Assembly: GCA_051294375.1 (NCBI GenBank)
Contig: CM119270.1
Coordinates: 2,557,484 to 2,621,483 of the forward strand
Direction of reading: 5' to 3'
Length of the DNA: 64,000 nucleotides
Source of the DNA: Paraspadella gotoi
Taxonomy: Eukaryota > Animalia > Chaetognatha
Shown piece by piece: positions 62,117 to 64,000 of this stretch. A model generated the notes under the pieces. It was given only the letters and a program-made list of their open reading frames with translations. It did not search any database and was not told the origin of the DNA. Position numbers and translations under genes: made by a program. Every line of letters begins with the position of its first letter. Position 1 is the stretch's first letter.

Positions 62117-64000
62117 TCTCTCTCGTCTCTCTCTCTTCTTCTCTCTCTCCTCTCTCTCTCCGTCCCCCTCCGTTTTCCTTTATCGCCCGATTTACATTTG
62201 GCGTCTCCCATTTTTTTTCCTTTTCGCATTTCTTATCAACTCAAAAGAGAACTCCGATTCTTTTTTCTTTTTTTCGTCCTACCCATTTGGCTTTTTCTAC
62301 TCTCTCCCTCTAACTCTTTCTATCCCCATTTCTTATTTCTATTCCAACCACATTCTATTTTCTCTTTTACTCCTTTTTCTTTCTCCCCCCTTCCTCCCTC
62401 TAACATCCTTTCCATTTGTTTCATCCCTTTTTCTTTCTATTTCTAAATTCCTTTCCTCCTTTTCTATCCTCTCTTCCACTTCTCTATTTCTTTCCACCTC
62501 TGCTATCGAAAGTTTCCAAAAAAAACTCTACTTAGCCCACACCAATTCGACACCTAACCCCTTCTAAATATTATTTTTCCTCGCTTCATGACTTACCATA
62601 AAGACACCTCTTCCCCCAATCCCTTACTTTCTCGAACCTCTACCAATCTCCCCCACCCACCCCCCCCTCGTTTTCCAATCTCGAATCTGTCCCTAGTTTA
62701 GATTCCATTTGTTGATCTTTTAAACTTCGCACGTTTGTCTCAACCATGAACGAGTCTTTAACCCCGCAGTCTGTTACGGAGATTTCGGAAACTCGTTTGA
62801 ATCTCGCAACGGAAAAAAAAAGGAAGATCAAACAAAAAAAAGTTTCTTTTTTTTTTCCTATCCTACAACTATTTCTATTTCTTCACTCCCTTTCTCTTCT
62901 TCCCTTCTCTACCTCTTCCTCTTTCTCCCCTTTCCCTCTTCTTAATCTTTCTTCTATCTAATCCTCCTCTCCTCTTCCTTCCCTTCCTCCTTTTCTCTTT
63001 CTTCCTCTTCCTCCTTTTCTTCCTTTTCTTTTTTCTCCTTCCACAACGTTTCTATCCTCACTCCCTTTCTATTCTTTCTTCTTCTCTCCTCCTTCCTCCT
63101 CTCTTATCTCTCCTTCTCATCCTCCCTCCTCTTAATCGTTCCTCCTCTCCTCTTAATCTTTTCCCTCATCCTCTCCTCCTTTTAATCTTCCTCCTCTCTT
63201 TCCTTCCCTTCCTCCTTCTCTTTCTTCCTCTCTTTCTTCTCTTCCCCCTTTCCCTTTTCCCTTCCTTTTTTATTTTTTTGCTCCTTACTACAACTTTCTA
63301 TTCCTCAAATCCCTTAATCTTTCCTCCTCCTCCTCCTCCTTCCCTTCCTTCTCCTACTTAATTTTTCCTCGTCCTCTTCCTTCCTTTCCTCCTTTCTCTT
63401 CTTGCCTCTTTCCTTCTCTTCCTTTTCTTTTTTTTTCTATTTTTTACCACATCCTTCCGCCATTCTCCTTTCTCTCTCTCCTCCTCCTCCCCCTTCTCCC
63501 TTCTCCCTTCTCCCCCCCTCCGACTCAATGATGCTAATGGCATCCAATCCTCGCTCTCGCGCCGGTTTTAAAACCACTTGATTAATCATTCAATGCTAAT
63601 GTCAACTTGTTCCTCCGTTTAGAGCCCTTTTTCGGCGGACCGTCGGCTGCGCTTGAGAACGGCAGCTGGGCTGGCTGAAGCGCTGCGGCTGCCGCGTAAG
63701 TGGCTGTTTGTTGACTGGCTGTGAGAGTCGGTTGTGACGTTTAGAGAGTGGCATGGCAGTTTGTACGCGGCGGCAGAATTGGCAGTTGCGCAGGCTTGCG
63801 ATATTTAGATCGTGAATCAATAACAGACATTGAGCGATGTTATGTGAGAAAAATATAAGCTAGTGAATCATTACGGCTGTAATCGTGGACTCTGAATTGT
63901 GAATCGTTAGTGGACAGGTCGTAGTCTTCCACCTAAACAAATAGCCAAATAAGAATCAATTTACTGTTTGCGTCGCATTATGTTACCGCTCACTGTTTTA

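Overview
Eukaryotic (probably invertebrate animal) draft-assembly window, AT-rich and full of microsatellites ((AG)n, (TCG)n, (TTTC)n, (AAT)n). It has many N-gaps and clear signs of error-prone long-read gap filling (indel-laden duplicate segments), so most listed ORFs are low-complexity artefacts. One gene can be reconstructed firmly: a spliced trimeric purine nucleoside phosphorylase (PNP) on the + strand, with six in-phase conserved exons at 18572-24719 and a probable first coding exon at 17540-17589. The main discovery lies just upstream, head-to-head with PNP. It is a tandem cluster of five diverged ~250-nt structured RNA genes on the minus strand (14012-16680). Each has a 7SL/SRP-RNA-type Alu domain, a 3' end that pairs back as SRP helix 5, compensatory and G-U covariation, a shared upstream element and an oligo-T end. 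Their S domain is remodelled and lacks the canonical SRP54-binding helix-8 motif. The window also holds Helentron/DINE-1-like non-autonomous elements, a tRNA-like SINE head, several minisatellites, two large near-identical duplications (likely partly assembly artefacts) and a microsatellite-poor block (48.2-54.8 kb) with exon-intron-like structure but broken reading frames. All comparisons to known families are from memory; no database search was run.
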